A stretch of DNA of 64,000 nucleotides from an uncultured Chloroflexia bacterium (GTDB lineage: Bacteria; Chloroflexota; Dehalococcoidia; DSTF01; JACRBR01), in NCBI GenBank assembly GCA_963701135.1, contig OY969567.1, forward strand, positions 2,113,847 through 2,177,846, written 5' to 3'. The translations under genes and the position numbers were made by a program. Under the pieces are notes generated by a model. That model worked only from the letters and a program-made list of their open reading frames with translations, was not told the origin of the DNA and made no database searches. Positions 51,258-60,680 of the stretch are shown piece after piece (within the stretch, counting starts at the first letter, position 1; each line of letters opens with the position of its first letter).

Positions 51258-54200
51258 CTAACGGCCGCGGCGGCCCATTCCGGCGGCGAGCGTCAGGCTG
51301 CCGGCGACACCGGCGAACAACGCCAGGAGCGCCAGCAGATCGCGTGCGGCCGCGTGTTCGCTCCCGGCGCCCGCGTTGGGCAAGCCGGGCGCCGTGTCGG
51401 CGGCGGCCCGCGACATCAGCGCGTAGAGCGTGAAGTGCGGCACGCTGATCGAAACGGTGTGGTGCACCGGGTCCACCGTCCCGCCGAGCAGTTGCCAGGC
51501 GCCGTTCATGTATACCCAAACCGCCAGTGACGATGCTTCGGCGTCCGTGAACTGGAGCGCGTCGTACGGGAACGTGATCACCGCCGGCGGGTCGAAGGTC
51601 ACGCCTTGCGGCCCGAGGTCGATGGCGCGGCCCACGACGGCGCCGCCGGACGGCGGCGCCGGCACGTCGAGGCTGCTGTACACCTTGAGCGTGACGACGG
51701 TGTCCGCCGGGAACGTGCCTGGCGCGAACGTCACCGTCTCGCCACTCTCGACCGAGACGCTGCCACCCTCCGGACCGACGGTCGCGATCGCCGTGGCGAT
51801 GGCGCTCGACTCCGGCGGATAGCCAGGGGTGAGCGCCGGCGTGGCGCTGTCCGTCGCGGCCGGTGTGGCCGTGTCCGGCGAGACGGCGTCCGTCGCCGCC
51901 GGCGCCGGCGTGTGCGTCGAGACCGGGGCGTTCGTGGCCGTCGCGGTCGCGCTGGCGGCGGACATCGTGTTCGTCGCGGTCGGGACCGACGTGCCGGTGG
52001 CGGCAGGCGTCGGCGTGCTCGTGCCGGTGGAGACCGCGGTCGCGGTAGCCGTGCCGGTCGGCGTCGGCGTGTTGGCGGCGGCCGCGGTGTTCGTCGCCGT
52101 CGGCACAGCCGTATCCGTGGCGGTGGCCGTCGGCGTGGCGGTGTTCGTGGACGTGCTGCCGGGCACCGGCGTGTCTGTCGCCGTGGGCACCGGCGTATCC
52201 GTCGGCGTGCTCGTCGGCACCGGCGTGTCGGTGGCGGTGGGCACCGGCGTGTCGGTCGGCGTGCTCGTCGGCACCGGCGTATCGGTGGCGGTCGCCGTTG
52301 CGGTCGGCGTGTCCGTGGCCGTCGGCACCGGCGTGTCGGTCGGCGTGCTCGTCGGCACCGGCGTGTCGGTCGCGGTCGCCGTTGCGGTCGCCGTGTCCGT
52401 CGCCGTCGGACCGGCGTGTCCGTCGGCGTGCTCGTCGGCACCGGCGTGTCGGTGGCGGTCGCCGTCGCGGTCGCCGTGTCCGTCGCCGTCGGAACGGCGT
52501 GTCGGTCGGCGTGCTCGTCGGCACCGGCGTGTCGGTCGCGGTCGCCGTTGCGGTCGCCGTGTCCGTCGCCGTCGGAACCGGCGTGTCGGTCGGCGTGCTC
52601 GTCGGCACCGGCGTGTCGGTGGCCGTTGCCGTTGCGGTCGGCGTGTCCGTGGCCGTGGGCACCGGCGTGTCGGTCGGCGTGCTCGTCGGCACCGGCGTAT
52701 CGGTGGCGGTCGCCGTTGCGGTCGCCGTGTCCGTCGCCGTCGGCACCGGCGTGTCGGTCGGCGTGCTCGTCGGCACCGGCGTGTCGGTCGCGGTCGCCGT
52801 TGCGGTCGCCGTGTCCGTGGCCGTCGGCACCGGCGTGTCCGTCGGCGTGGCCGTCGGACCGGCGTGTCGGTCGGCGTGCTCGTCGGCAGCGGTGTGTCCG
52901 TCGGGGTCGCCGTGGCCGTGTCGGTCGGCGTCGCCGTCGCCGTGTCAGTTGGCGTAGCCGTCGGCAGCGGTGTGTCCGTCGGGGTGGCGGTCGCCGTATC
53001 GGTCGGGGTCGCCGTCGCGGTGTCCGTCGGCGTGCTCGTCGGCAGCGGTGTGTCCGTCGGGGTGGCGGTCGCCGTGTCGGTCGGGGTCGGCGTTGCCGTG
53101 TCAGTTGGCGTAGCCGTCGGCAGCGGTGTGTCCGTCGGTGTCGCTGTGGCCGTGTCGGTCGGCGTCGCCGTCGCCGTGTCAGTTGGCGTAGCCGTCGGTA
53201 GCGGTGTGTCCGTCGGGGTGGCGGTCGCCGTGTCGGTCGGCGTCGCCGTCGCGGTGTCAGTCGGCGTGCTGGTCGGCAGCGGTGTGTCCGTCGGGGTCGC
53301 CGTGGCCGTGTCGGTCGGCGTCGCCGTCGCCGTGTCAGTTGGCGTAGCCGTCGGCAGCGGTGTGTCCGTCGGGGTGGCGGTCGCCGTATCGGTCGGGGTC
53401 GCCGTCGCGGTGTCAGTTGGCGTGCTCGTCGGCACCGGCGTATCGGTCGGTGTCGCCGTGGCGGTATCGGTCGGCGTCGCCGTCGCCGTGTCAGTTGGCG
53501 TGCTCGTCGGCAGCGGTGTGTCCGTCGGGGTGGCGGTCGCCGTGGCGGTATCGGTCGGCGTCGCCGTCGCCGTGTCAGTTGGCGTGCTGGTCGGCAGCGG
53601 CGTGTCGGTCGGGGTGGCTGTCGCCGTGTCGGTCGGGGTCGCCGTCGCCGTGTCAGTTGGCGTGCTCGTCGGCAGCGGTGTGTCCGTCGGGGTCGCGGTC
53701 GCCGTGTCGGTCGGCGTCGGCGTCGCGGTGTCCGTCGGCGTGCTCGTGGGCAGCGGTGTGTCCGTCGGGGTGGCGGTCGCCGTGTCGGTCGGGGTCGGCG
53801 TCGCGGTGTCAGTTGGCGTAGCCGTCGGTAGCGGTGTGTCCGTCGGGGTGGCGGTCGCCGTGTCGGTCGGGGTCGCCGTCGCGGTGTCAGTTGGCGTGCT
53901 CGTCGGCAGCGGCGTGTCGGTCGGTGTCGCCGTCGCCGTGTCGGTCGGCGTCGCCGTCGCGGTGTCCGTCGGCGTGCTCGTCGGCAACGGCGTATCGGTT
54001 GGCGTCGCCGTCGCGGTGTCGGTCGGGGTCGATGTGTTCGTGGGCGTGTTCGTCGCGGTGGCGGTGTTGGTCGCGGTGTCCGTCGCCGTGCTCGTGGGCG
54101 TCGGCGTGTCGAGCGCGCCGTTGGACAACGCGACGTTGTCGAAGTACGCCAGGTCGCCTGCGGCAGCGCTCATGAGCACGAGCTCAACTCGCGCATTCGT

Positions 54201-54686
54201 ATCGCTTGCACCGACGGCGATACTTCCCGTGAGTGCCTGCCAGCCGTCGACCTCGCTCACGACGTTGCTGTCCTGTACGCCCGTCTCCGTTGTGCAGGTG
54301 TCGCTGAAGGTCCGGACGGTGAGCTTGGCTTGCGTCGTTCCGGCGTTCGCCGTTGGGAGCTTGACCTTGCCCTCGAATGGATACGTGTTCACACCGGTGA
54401 GCGTGACGCAGCTTGAGCGCACCGTCGCGGCGCCTGCGCTGTTGAGCCGCGTGACCTGAGCGGCACCCGACGCTGGATTGAGTCCGTCGGCGTCCTGCGT
54501 ATTGACATGCACGACGTCGCTGTTGGCGTCGGCTGCGGACCAGCCGGTGACGTTGGCGTCAAACGTGCTGTTGGTCACGAGATTCGGAGCCGCGGACGCG
54601 TCGCCGCCGAGCAGCACAGCCGCCATGGCGAGCAGCACGACCGTGATCGTCGCCACGACCAGCGCGTGCCATCGCCCAGCGTTCAT
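51258..54686 (-). CDS. large secreted protein: CBM4/9-like N-terminal domain, about 640-aa Thr/Pro/Asp/Ala tandem-repeat stalk, C-terminal domain and LPXTG-like sorting signal
   Basis: ATG 54686 follows AAGGAG, and the signal/TM is ..[23 protein letters not shown]... The N-terminal domain reads [16 protein letters not shown]...[11 protein letters not shown]. The C-terminus is LPNAGAG + TM + GRRGR. The middle of the repeat leaves and re-enters the coding frame (about 52860 and 52400). Confidence 0.7.
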   Translation of the reverse strand: MNAGRWHALVVATITVVLLAMAAVLLGGDASAAPNLVTNSTFDANVTGWSAADANSDVVHVNTQDADGLNPASGAAQVTRLNSAGAATVRSSCVTLTGVNTYPFEGKVKLPTANAGTTQAKLTVRTFSDTCTTETGVQDSNVVSEVDGWQALTGSIAVGASDTNARVELVLMSAAAGDLAYFDNVALSNGALDTPTPTSTATDTATNTATATNTPTNTSTPTDTATATPTDTPLPTSTPTDTATATPTDTATATPTDTPLPTSTPTDTATATPTDTATATPTDTPLPTATPTDTATPTPTDTATATPTDTPLPTSTPTDTATPTPTDTATATPTDTPLPTSTPTDTATATPTDTATATPTDTPLPTSTPTDTATATPTDTATATATPTDTPLPTSTPTDTATATPTDTATATPTDTPVPTSTPTDTATATPTDTATATPTDTPLPTATPTDTATATPTDTATATPTDTPLPTSTPTDTATATPTDTATATPTDTPLPTATPTDTATATPTDTATATPTDTPLPTATPTDTATPTPTDTATATPTDTPLPTSTPTDTATATPTDTATATPTDTPLPTATPTDTATATPTDTATATPTDTPLPTSTPTDTPVRRPRRRTRRCRRPRTRRPQRRPRPTRRCRRARRPTRRCRRRRTRRPQRRPPPIRRCRRARRPTRRCPRPRTRRPQRQRPPTRRCRRARRPTRRFRRRRTRRPQRRPRPTRRCRRARRPTRRSDGDGHGDRDGDRHRHAGADEHADGHAGPTATDTATATATATDTPVPTSTPTDTPVPTATDTPTATATATDTPVPTSTPTDTPVPTATDTPVPTSTPTDTPVPTATDTPVPGSTSTNTATPTATATDTAVPTATNTAAAANTPTPTGTATATAVSTGTSTPTPAATGTSVPTATNTMSAASATATATNAPVSTHTPAPAATDAVSPDTATPAATDSATPALTPGYPPESSAIATAIATVGPEGGSVSVESGETVTFAPGTFPADTVVTLKVYSSLDVPAPPSGGAVVGRAIDLGPQGVTFDPPAVITFPYDALQFTDAEASSLAVWVYMNGAWQLLGGTVDPVHHTVSISVPHFTLYALMSRAAADTAPGLPNAGAGSEHAAARDLLALLALFAGVAGSLTLAAGMGRRGR
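52140..54060 (-). repeat. coding tandem repeats: about 14-15 units of 78 bp ([26 protein letters not shown]) then about 8 units of 84 bp ([28 protein letters not shown])
   Basis: The periodicity is read directly; for example ggcagcggtgtgtccgtcgg recurs every 78 nt at 53041, 53119 and 53197. There are no stop codons in several frames. Confidence 0.85.
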
Positions 54687-54936
54687 GCCCGACTCCTTGC
54701 ACCAGCCTTTGCGCACCGACTCGCGCAAGCGGCGGAGATCCCCCGGTGGAGCTTTGCCCCTACCGGTGAGTGTCGTGTCGCGAGATGCATCCTGACACGG
54801 GGGAGAGCACCTACATTTGGCCCCGCCACACCCTTACGGATGGCGCTTGACCGCTTCACGGACGTTGCTATGATGCCCTCGCTTTTCCGCGTGATCTCCC
54901 GTCACGCCGCCGTTCACCCAGGAGAGGGCGCCGTCC

Positions 54937-55908
54937 ATGCAAGTACTCGCCGAAGGCACCGCGGAGTTCCTCAACGTCGACCCGGACGCGTTTCGCGCGT
55001 GGGTGCGCGACCACAAGCAGCGCGCGCTCACGCCGAAACTGATGAGCGCGAGCGAGGCCGTGTCGCGCTTCGTCGCCGATGGCGATTACTTCGTGTTCGA
55101 CTGCAACTACTTCCAGCGCGGGCCATCGACGCTGATCCGCGAGGTCATCCGCCAGCAGAAGAAGGACCTGTGGCTGTGCGGCAAGTTCAGCTACGTCGAC
55201 GTCGGGCTGCTCGTCGGCGCGGGGTGCGCGTCGAAGATCGACTGCGGCTTCTTCTGGCCGGGCGCGACGATCGATAAGGCGGTGGCCGACGGGCGCGTGC
55301 AGGTGTACGAGTACAGCAACATCGTGATGACGCTGCGCTTGCAGGCCGGCGCGATGGGCCTGCCGTTCCTGCCGGTGCGGTCGTTCGGCGGCACCGACGG
55401 CTTCGAGCACTCAGGCGCCAAGCTCGTGACGGACCCGTTCACCGGCAAGCCGATCACGCTCGTACCGGCGCTCAACGCGGACGTCGCGATCATCCACGCG
55501 CAGCAGGCCGACCAGTACGGCAACACGCGCGTGTTCGGCACGGGCATCGCGCACCAGGAATCGGCGATGGGGTCGAAGAAGGTGATCATCTCGGCGGAGG
55601 AGATCGTCGACACCGACGAGATCCGCCGCGACCCGGGGCGCACGTCGATCCCGTACTACGCCGTCGATGCGGTGGTGCACGCGCCGTTCGGGGCGTGGCC
55701 GGGGAACTGCGGCGGCTACTACGGCTCCGACACGCCGGCCGTGATCGAGACGTTCGGCGCGATCGCCAGCGACAACGTGGGGCCGTACGTCGCGAAGTAC
55801 GTGACGCCGTTCGCCGACGACCGCGAGATGTTCGACAAGCTCATCGGCAAGGAGCGGCTGGACAAGCTCGTGGCGGCGGAGACGATCAGCGAGGGGTACC
55901 GGGCGTAG
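54937..55908 (+). CDS. CoA-transferase subunit A (glutaconate/3-oxoacid CoA-transferase family)
   Basis: Intact 323-aa ORF with ..VADGDYFVFDCNYFQRGPS.., ..LQAGAMGLPFLPVRS.. and ..VAIIHAQQADQYGNTRV.., typical of the family I alpha subunit. Confidence 0.8.
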   Translation: MQVLAEGTAEFLNVDPDAFRAWVRDHKQRALTPKLMSASEAVSRFVADGDYFVFDCNYFQRGPSTLIREVIRQQKKDLWLCGKFSYVDVGLLVGAGCASKIDCGFFWPGATIDKAVADGRVQVYEYSNIVMTLRLQAGAMGLPFLPVRSFGGTDGFEHSGAKLVTDPFTGKPITLVPALNADVAIIHAQQADQYGNTRVFGTGIAHQESAMGSKKVIISAEEIVDTDEIRRDPGRTSIPYYAVDAVVHAPFGAWPGNCGGYYGSDTPAVIETFGAIASDNVGPYVAKYVTPFADDREMFDKLIGKERLDKLVAAETISEGYRA

Positions 55909-55970
55909 GACGAGGCGATGGGAGGTCGGAGGTGAGAGGTGGGGTATGCCGGGCGCTTTCGGAGTGAGTG

Positions 55971-56390
55971 ATGGCTGACATCCACGACCGGTTCTTCGAT
56001 GGACTGACGAACTTCTTAGAGGTCAGTTCGCTTGTACCGCACAGGGGAACCGACCAGGGCCGGGATCTGATTGTTGCAAGGGGTGGTCGCGTGAAGGTTA
56101 CGGCCAACTTCGCGCCCTCCGAGCCCCGTGTTTCGGTGAAATTAACCGTTAGGAGAGAGGTGCCCAGGGGGCCGACACCGCTGTTCGATCAATTGCGCGC
56201 CGCGCGTGAAGGCGAATCTAACCTGCTCGAAGGCAAAGTGGAGTGGTGTCGCGACTCCACCATCAATCAGTCCGAATCGAGGGTGCAGGTGTGTCGCACG
56301 CTCCACGACGAAAGCGAAGATTGGCGCGAGCACTACGAGTGGATCGAGCGTCAAGCAACAATCCTTCGCAGATGGGCTGTGTCTTTATAG
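55971..56390 (+). CDS. hypothetical protein (weak DUF4268-like pattern) inserted between the CoA-transferase subunit genes
   Basis: Intact 139-aa ORF, with the ATG 6 nt after GGAG. It has ..VSVKLTV.., ..LEGKVEWCRD..SRVQVCR..DWREHYEWIERQATILRRW. GC is somewhat lower than in the neighbours. Confidence 0.45.
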   Translation: MADIHDRFFDGLTNFLEVSSLVPHRGTDQGRDLIVARGGRVKVTANFAPSEPRVSVKLTVRREVPRGPTPLFDQLRAAREGESNLLEGKVEWCRDSTINQSESRVQVCRTLHDESEDWREHYEWIERQATILRRWAVSL

Positions 56391-56429
56391 TGAACAGCGA
56401 CGGCAGGCGCAGTGGCTGGAGGCAGGGCG

Positions 56430-57299
56430 ATGAGCATTGATCTGGGACTGAAGGCCGCGGTGGGGACGACCGCATCGTCGTTCAACGAGCGCGAGATGCA
56501 GATCTGCACCGTCGCGCGGCTGGTGGAGGACGGCAAGACGTACTGGGTCGCCGGCGGCGGCGGTCCGATGTACGCCGTGCTGCTCGCCATCAAGCTCTAC
56601 GCCCCGGCCGCGCAATACATCACCGAGGACGGCGTGATCGCGCCGGAGCCGATGCTGCCGTTCGAGCCGGTGATGACGATGGTGTCATCGCGCGCGGGCT
56701 ATCGCGCGCTGGCGTGGGGCACGATGAACACGGCGGGCAACCACGCGCAGCTCGGCATGATGGACTACGGGCTGCTCAACACGCTGCAGGTTGACCAGCA
56801 CGGCAACATCAACTCGACGGCGATCGGCACGTACGGCGAGCGCTCGCGGCGCTTCGGCGGGCCCGGCGGCGCCGACTCCATCGCCGCGCTCTGCTGGCGC
56901 ACGATCCTGATGACGGACCAGGAGAAGCGGAAGTTCGTCGAGCGCGTCGACTTCATCTCGTCGCCGGGGTTTCTCGACGGCAGCGACGGTGCGCGCGAGC
57001 GTGCGGGGCTGCCGCCGGACACGGGGCCGTTCCGAGTCGTCACGCCGTGGGCGCTCTACGACTACACGCCGGGCCGCAAGCTGCGGCTGATCGCGCGGTC
57101 GCCGTGGGTCACCGTCGACCAGATCCTGGAGCAGTGCGAGTACCCGCCGGTGATCGCGGACGACGTGGCGCTGCTCGACGGTCCGACGGAGGAAGAGCTG
57201 CACATTTTGCGGACGGAGCTTGACCCTCGTGGCCAGAACACGGCCGAGCGCAGCGCGTGGGTGGTCTACGACGGGGAGTCGTACACGCGCACTGCGTAG
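56430..57299 (+). CDS. CoA-transferase subunit B
   Basis: Intact ORF with ..REMQICTVARLVEDGKTYWVAGGGGP.., ..QVDQHGNINST.. and ..GGPGGADSIA... ATG 56430 follows GGAGG. Confidence 0.8.
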   Translation: MSIDLGLKAAVGTTASSFNEREMQICTVARLVEDGKTYWVAGGGGPMYAVLLAIKLYAPAAQYITEDGVIAPEPMLPFEPVMTMVSSRAGYRALAWGTMNTAGNHAQLGMMDYGLLNTLQVDQHGNINSTAIGTYGERSRRFGGPGGADSIAALCWRTILMTDQEKRKFVERVDFISSPGFLDGSDGARERAGLPPDTGPFRVVTPWALYDYTPGRKLRLIARSPWVTVDQILEQCEYPPVIADDVALLDGPTEEELHILRTELDPRGQNTAERSAWVVYDGESYTRTA

Positions 57300-57747
57300 C
57301 GAGCGCTACGCAGTGGCGCGCCTCCGACTTGATCGGTCTCGTGCCGCCGCCACGCGCCCCGCAGCGGGAACACGAACACAGCCCCGCCTCTGTTCTGGCC
57401 GTCCCCTCTTCACGCCTACGGTGTCGGTGACACCGAAGTCGGCGTGCAGCGATATTAGTTAGGCAGCGTTGCGCCGCACGAACAAAGCCTCCAGCCGCAA
57501 TGAGGGCGAGCGCCCCGACGCCAACAATCACGAACTCCAGCGTGTGATGATGGCCCGTCGCCTCGGCTGTGCCCGCCGGCAAGGACGAGACATCTGACGA
57601 TTCGGCGATGCCACCCACGGAAGGCGGAGGGGTTCGCGTGGGCGTATTGGTCGGGCAGACACCGCTGGGGCAGGGCGTTGCGGTCGGGCGTCGCTGTCGG
57701 CCATGCGCCGGATGTTGCGCTCCATTGCCCGTCCGGGCCACAGCTCC

Positions 57748-59529
57748 CTAACAAACGAACCCCATCTCCGTCAGCATTGCCGCTACGTCTGTCGTGGTGC
57801 CGATGCCGCCGTCCGGCGGGCCTGGCCAGTTGTGGCCGTTTTTCATGACGAGCGAGCGGTCGTACTGTCTGCCGTCGGCTACGCCGTTTCCGTCCATGTC
57901 CTGGTCGTACGCCTGGCTGCCCGGCGCCGTGCCGACGTACTGCAACAGCGCCACAAGGTCGGTGGTGATGCCGATGGCATTATCGCGGCTGCTCGGCTGG
58001 CCCAGCAGCAATGCCGGAACCGGGACGCTGTAGAAGTCCCAGGGGTCCAGCGGGTCAAGATCGCCCCAACCAACTTCCTTCCCGTCGCCGCACCCGTCAC
58101 CGTCCGTGTCCGCGAGCAACGGGTTCGTGTGGTACGTGTTGAGCTCGGCGTCGTCTGGCAGCCCATCGCCGTCCGTGTTGACGGGCGTTGGCGTGGCGGT
58201 CGGTGTGGCCGTGTTGGTCGCTGTGGCGGTCGGCGTGGGCGTCCGTGTCGGCGTAAAGGTAGGCACGCGCGTGGGCGTCCGCGTGGGCGTGGCGGTGGGC
58301 GGCGGCGGCAGGGGGTCGTCGCAGTTGGGCCCGAATCTTTGGTCGGCCAAGTCGTGCAGTTGGACGCCATTCGACGCGTAGGGTGGCAGCCAGTACATCA
58401 TGCCATTTTGGAATTTCTGCCGGACGATGCCGAACGCATCGGCGTACTCTTCGGTCGTCGGATAGCCGAGGAGGTGGATGTACTGCACCGGATCGCCACC
58501 CGCCCATGGCACGCACTTGCCGATGTAGTCCTGCCAGAACCGGCCGTACATCCACATGGCGTCGTAGTTTGCGCGCCCGTCAGCGGGATCGTGCGTCACT
58601 GTGTCGCCGTGCAGGATCGCGCCCTGCCCGTATGAGGAATTGGGGCTGTCGAAGTCCTGGATCCACCCGGACCCCGCGTAACTTTCCCACCGGTGGACAT
58701 ACCAGCCTGCGCCGTACGGATTCGCCGGTTTACCAACGACGTTCACGCTGTAGGAGCCGCGGAAGCTCCCTTCATCGACATACCGCGCGCGGATCACTGC
58801 ATCGCTGTCGATCGCAACGCCCTCTGTAACAGGCTTGTCCGCGACGCCTGCGTTGTTCGACGGGTGGCTGACATCTTTCCACGAAGGCCCATCGTAGCTG
58901 GGGTCGTAGCTGAACGCGTACTGCTCCCCGCGCGCTCCGCAGTTGATCGAGATTGCCCGATAGGACCAGTCGGCGCACTGGTCCGACAGCGGTTCCGGTA
59001 TGCAGACACCGCTGGCGCAGCTATCGCTCAGTATCCGGTAATGCAGGTGCGCTCCGTCCGCACAGTTACCGCTGGTTGACTCCACGTGTCCCGTGTGCCC
59101 GGCCCTTCCTATCACCCAACCCGCCAGGACGTGGGCATTTTGATCCCAGGCCCGCGATTGAAGGTGCGCGTAGCGGTGGGTGAATCCGCCCACGTCGGTC
59201 ACATCGACAAAGGTTCCGTAACCGAGGAGGCTACCGCACTCGGTTTCGTCGCCGGTGAGAGTCACGAAGCCCTCCTGGCTTGCCACGACGTAGTTGCCCT
59301 CAGGAACGCTGAAGTCAAGCGCATACCTGTCAGCCGGAATCGCGTCGCTGTGACCTCCTTCTCCGTAGCCGAAGCCGCTGACGAAGTGCTGCGAGCCGGC
59401 TTTCCACGGCAGGCGCCAGAAATCTCCCGGAGCCTGGTTGGACGACGCGGGAGAGGGGAGAGACGCGAGCACGACGACTCCGAACGTCAGGAGCCCCGCA
59501 AGCAACGACAGGCAGACGTGTCGCGCCAC
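57748..59529 (-). CDS. secreted M23-family metallopeptidase with Thr/Pro linker, thrombospondin-type-3-like Ca-binding repeats and dockerin-like C-terminus
   Basis: It has a signal peptide and the M23 motifs ..FTHRYAHLQS.. / ..GRAGHTGHV..GAHLHYRI... The linker reads [36 protein letters not shown]. The repeats read NTDGDGLPDDAE and DTDGDGCGDGKE. Two dockerin-like segments read ..DNAIGITTDLVALLQYVG.. and ..DGGIGTTTDVAAMLTEMG... Confidence 0.8.
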   Translation of the reverse strand: MARHVCLSLLAGLLTFGVVVLASLPSPASSNQAPGDFWRLPWKAGSQHFVSGFGYGEGGHSDAIPADRYALDFSVPEGNYVVASQEGFVTLTGDETECGSLLGYGTFVDVTDVGGFTHRYAHLQSRAWDQNAHVLAGWVIGRAGHTGHVESTSGNCADGAHLHYRILSDSCASGVCIPEPLSDQCADWSYRAISINCGARGEQYAFSYDPSYDGPSWKDVSHPSNNAGVADKPVTEGVAIDSDAVIRARYVDEGSFRGSYSVNVVGKPANPYGAGWYVHRWESYAGSGWIQDFDSPNSSYGQGAILHGDTVTHDPADGRANYDAMWMYGRFWQDYIGKCVPWAGGDPVQYIHLLGYPTTEEYADAFGIVRQKFQNGMMYWLPPYASNGVQLHDLADQRFGPNCDDPLPPPPTATPTRTPTRVPTFTPTRTPTPTATATNTATPTATPTPVNTDGDGLPDDAELNTYHTNPLLADTDGDGCGDGKEVGWGDLDPLDPWDFYSVPVPALLLGQPSSRDNAIGITTDLVALLQYVGTAPGSQAYDQDMDGNGVADGRQYDRSLVMKNGHNWPGPPDGGIGTTTDVAAMLTEMGFVC

Positions 59530-59547
59530 AGTGGTTGCCCCTCTTCC

Positions 59548-60360
59548 TCAGTAAGGAGTAACCGTCGCCAAGAGCGCCGTCACGGTCTTGAGGTCGGCCT
59601 CGATTGCAGCGACGTCAGCGTCGTCAGCGATGTTGATCGTGATGACGTACACCACGGCTTCCTTTCGGAAGGCCGCGTAAATCATGTGGGAGAGGCCCTC
59701 CCCGGGGCCTTCGTCCCAGATCGCGCCGGGAAATCCACCGAAGGTAGCGTTTGGCGCTTGCAGGTGCTTGTCGATCACCGGGACGACAAAGGCGGTGTCG
59801 TCGAGCGGCACGTACGCACGGGCTGTGAAGTGAGCGACCAGCCCACCCGGCAGATCCGCCCCCTTCGCCTGCTCTGCCGCCCCCGCGGCGTCGTAGAGGT
59901 GAAACTCGCCACCCTCGGGCCGCATGTCGGAGTACCAGCCGTCCGGCACCTGGACAGTGAACCGGAACAGCGGGTTATCGATGACGTGCGTGCCCTTCTC
60001 CGGCGTCGGAGTAGGCGGGCGTTTCGCGGCGTCTGCGGTGGGGATCGTGCCTGGCGGCGGTTCTGCGCCCGAGTTCCGGCACGAGAGCGGGGGAAGGTTG
60101 GGGTCGGGGCGCTCGTTGGTGGGCAGCGTGCACCCGGGCGGGTTTGTGGTATTTGGCAGCACTACGGTGGCCGGGTAGCCCTTGAAGGGAAGCGGCGTGA
60201 TCTTCGTGAAGTTAACCGCGGACCCGCCACCTCCGCCTTGCGAGGTTACGAATCCGGTGGTCCACATGGCGACCGCGATCGCCGCCGCGGTTGCCAGAAC
60301 CGCGGCCGCGCCCACGATGGCGATGGTCCGGCGGTGCCGCGTGTGCGAATGCGTGTCCAT
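59548..60360 (-). CDS. hypothetical membrane-anchored extracytoplasmic protein
   Basis: Intact 270-aa ORF with an N-terminal anchor ..RRTIAIVGAAAVLATAAAIAVAMW... It lies 18 nt upstream of the M23 gene, so the two are probably co-transcribed. Confidence 0.5.
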   Translation of the reverse strand: MDTHSHTRHRRTIAIVGAAAVLATAAAIAVAMWTTGFVTSQGGGGGSAVNFTKITPLPFKGYPATVVLPNTTNPPGCTLPTNERPDPNLPPLSCRNSGAEPPPGTIPTADAAKRPPTPTPEKGTHVIDNPLFRFTVQVPDGWYSDMRPEGGEFHLYDAAGAAEQAKGADLPGGLVAHFTARAYVPLDDTAFVVPVIDKHLQAPNATFGGFPGAIWDEGPGEGLSHMIYAAFRKEAVVYVITINIADDADVAAIEADLKTVTALLATVTPY

Positions 60361-60680
60361 AGCCCCTCCAGGCTGCGTTCCGGGCCGTTGGTCTGCGCTA
60401 TACTCATGCGGATCGGCGTGTTTGTCAATGGGGCTGATGGACCTATTGTTTCACGCTTGGCGAACCTCTCGATCGCAGGCGGTCACTGTGGGGCAAGCGA
60501 CGGTCGTTGTAGCCGTACCCGGTCTCGGTCCGAGCCTCCGTTCTTGACTCTCGACGACCTCCGCCGCGCGTATCCTCGGCGGCTGATTCCCGGCATAGCC
60601 GCGATGACCCATCTGCTATTCTGTGCGCACGGCGCGAACTCGCCGCGCCCGCTCGAACAGACTCGGAGGAAGCACACTTT

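Noticed and set aside
52140-54060. Regular 78/84-bp repeats as a possible CRISPR array
   Set aside because: There are no unique spacers between the repeats. The units are contiguous, in frame and encode a Thr/Pro/Asp/Ala stalk inside a secreted protein gene. No cas genes are present in the window.
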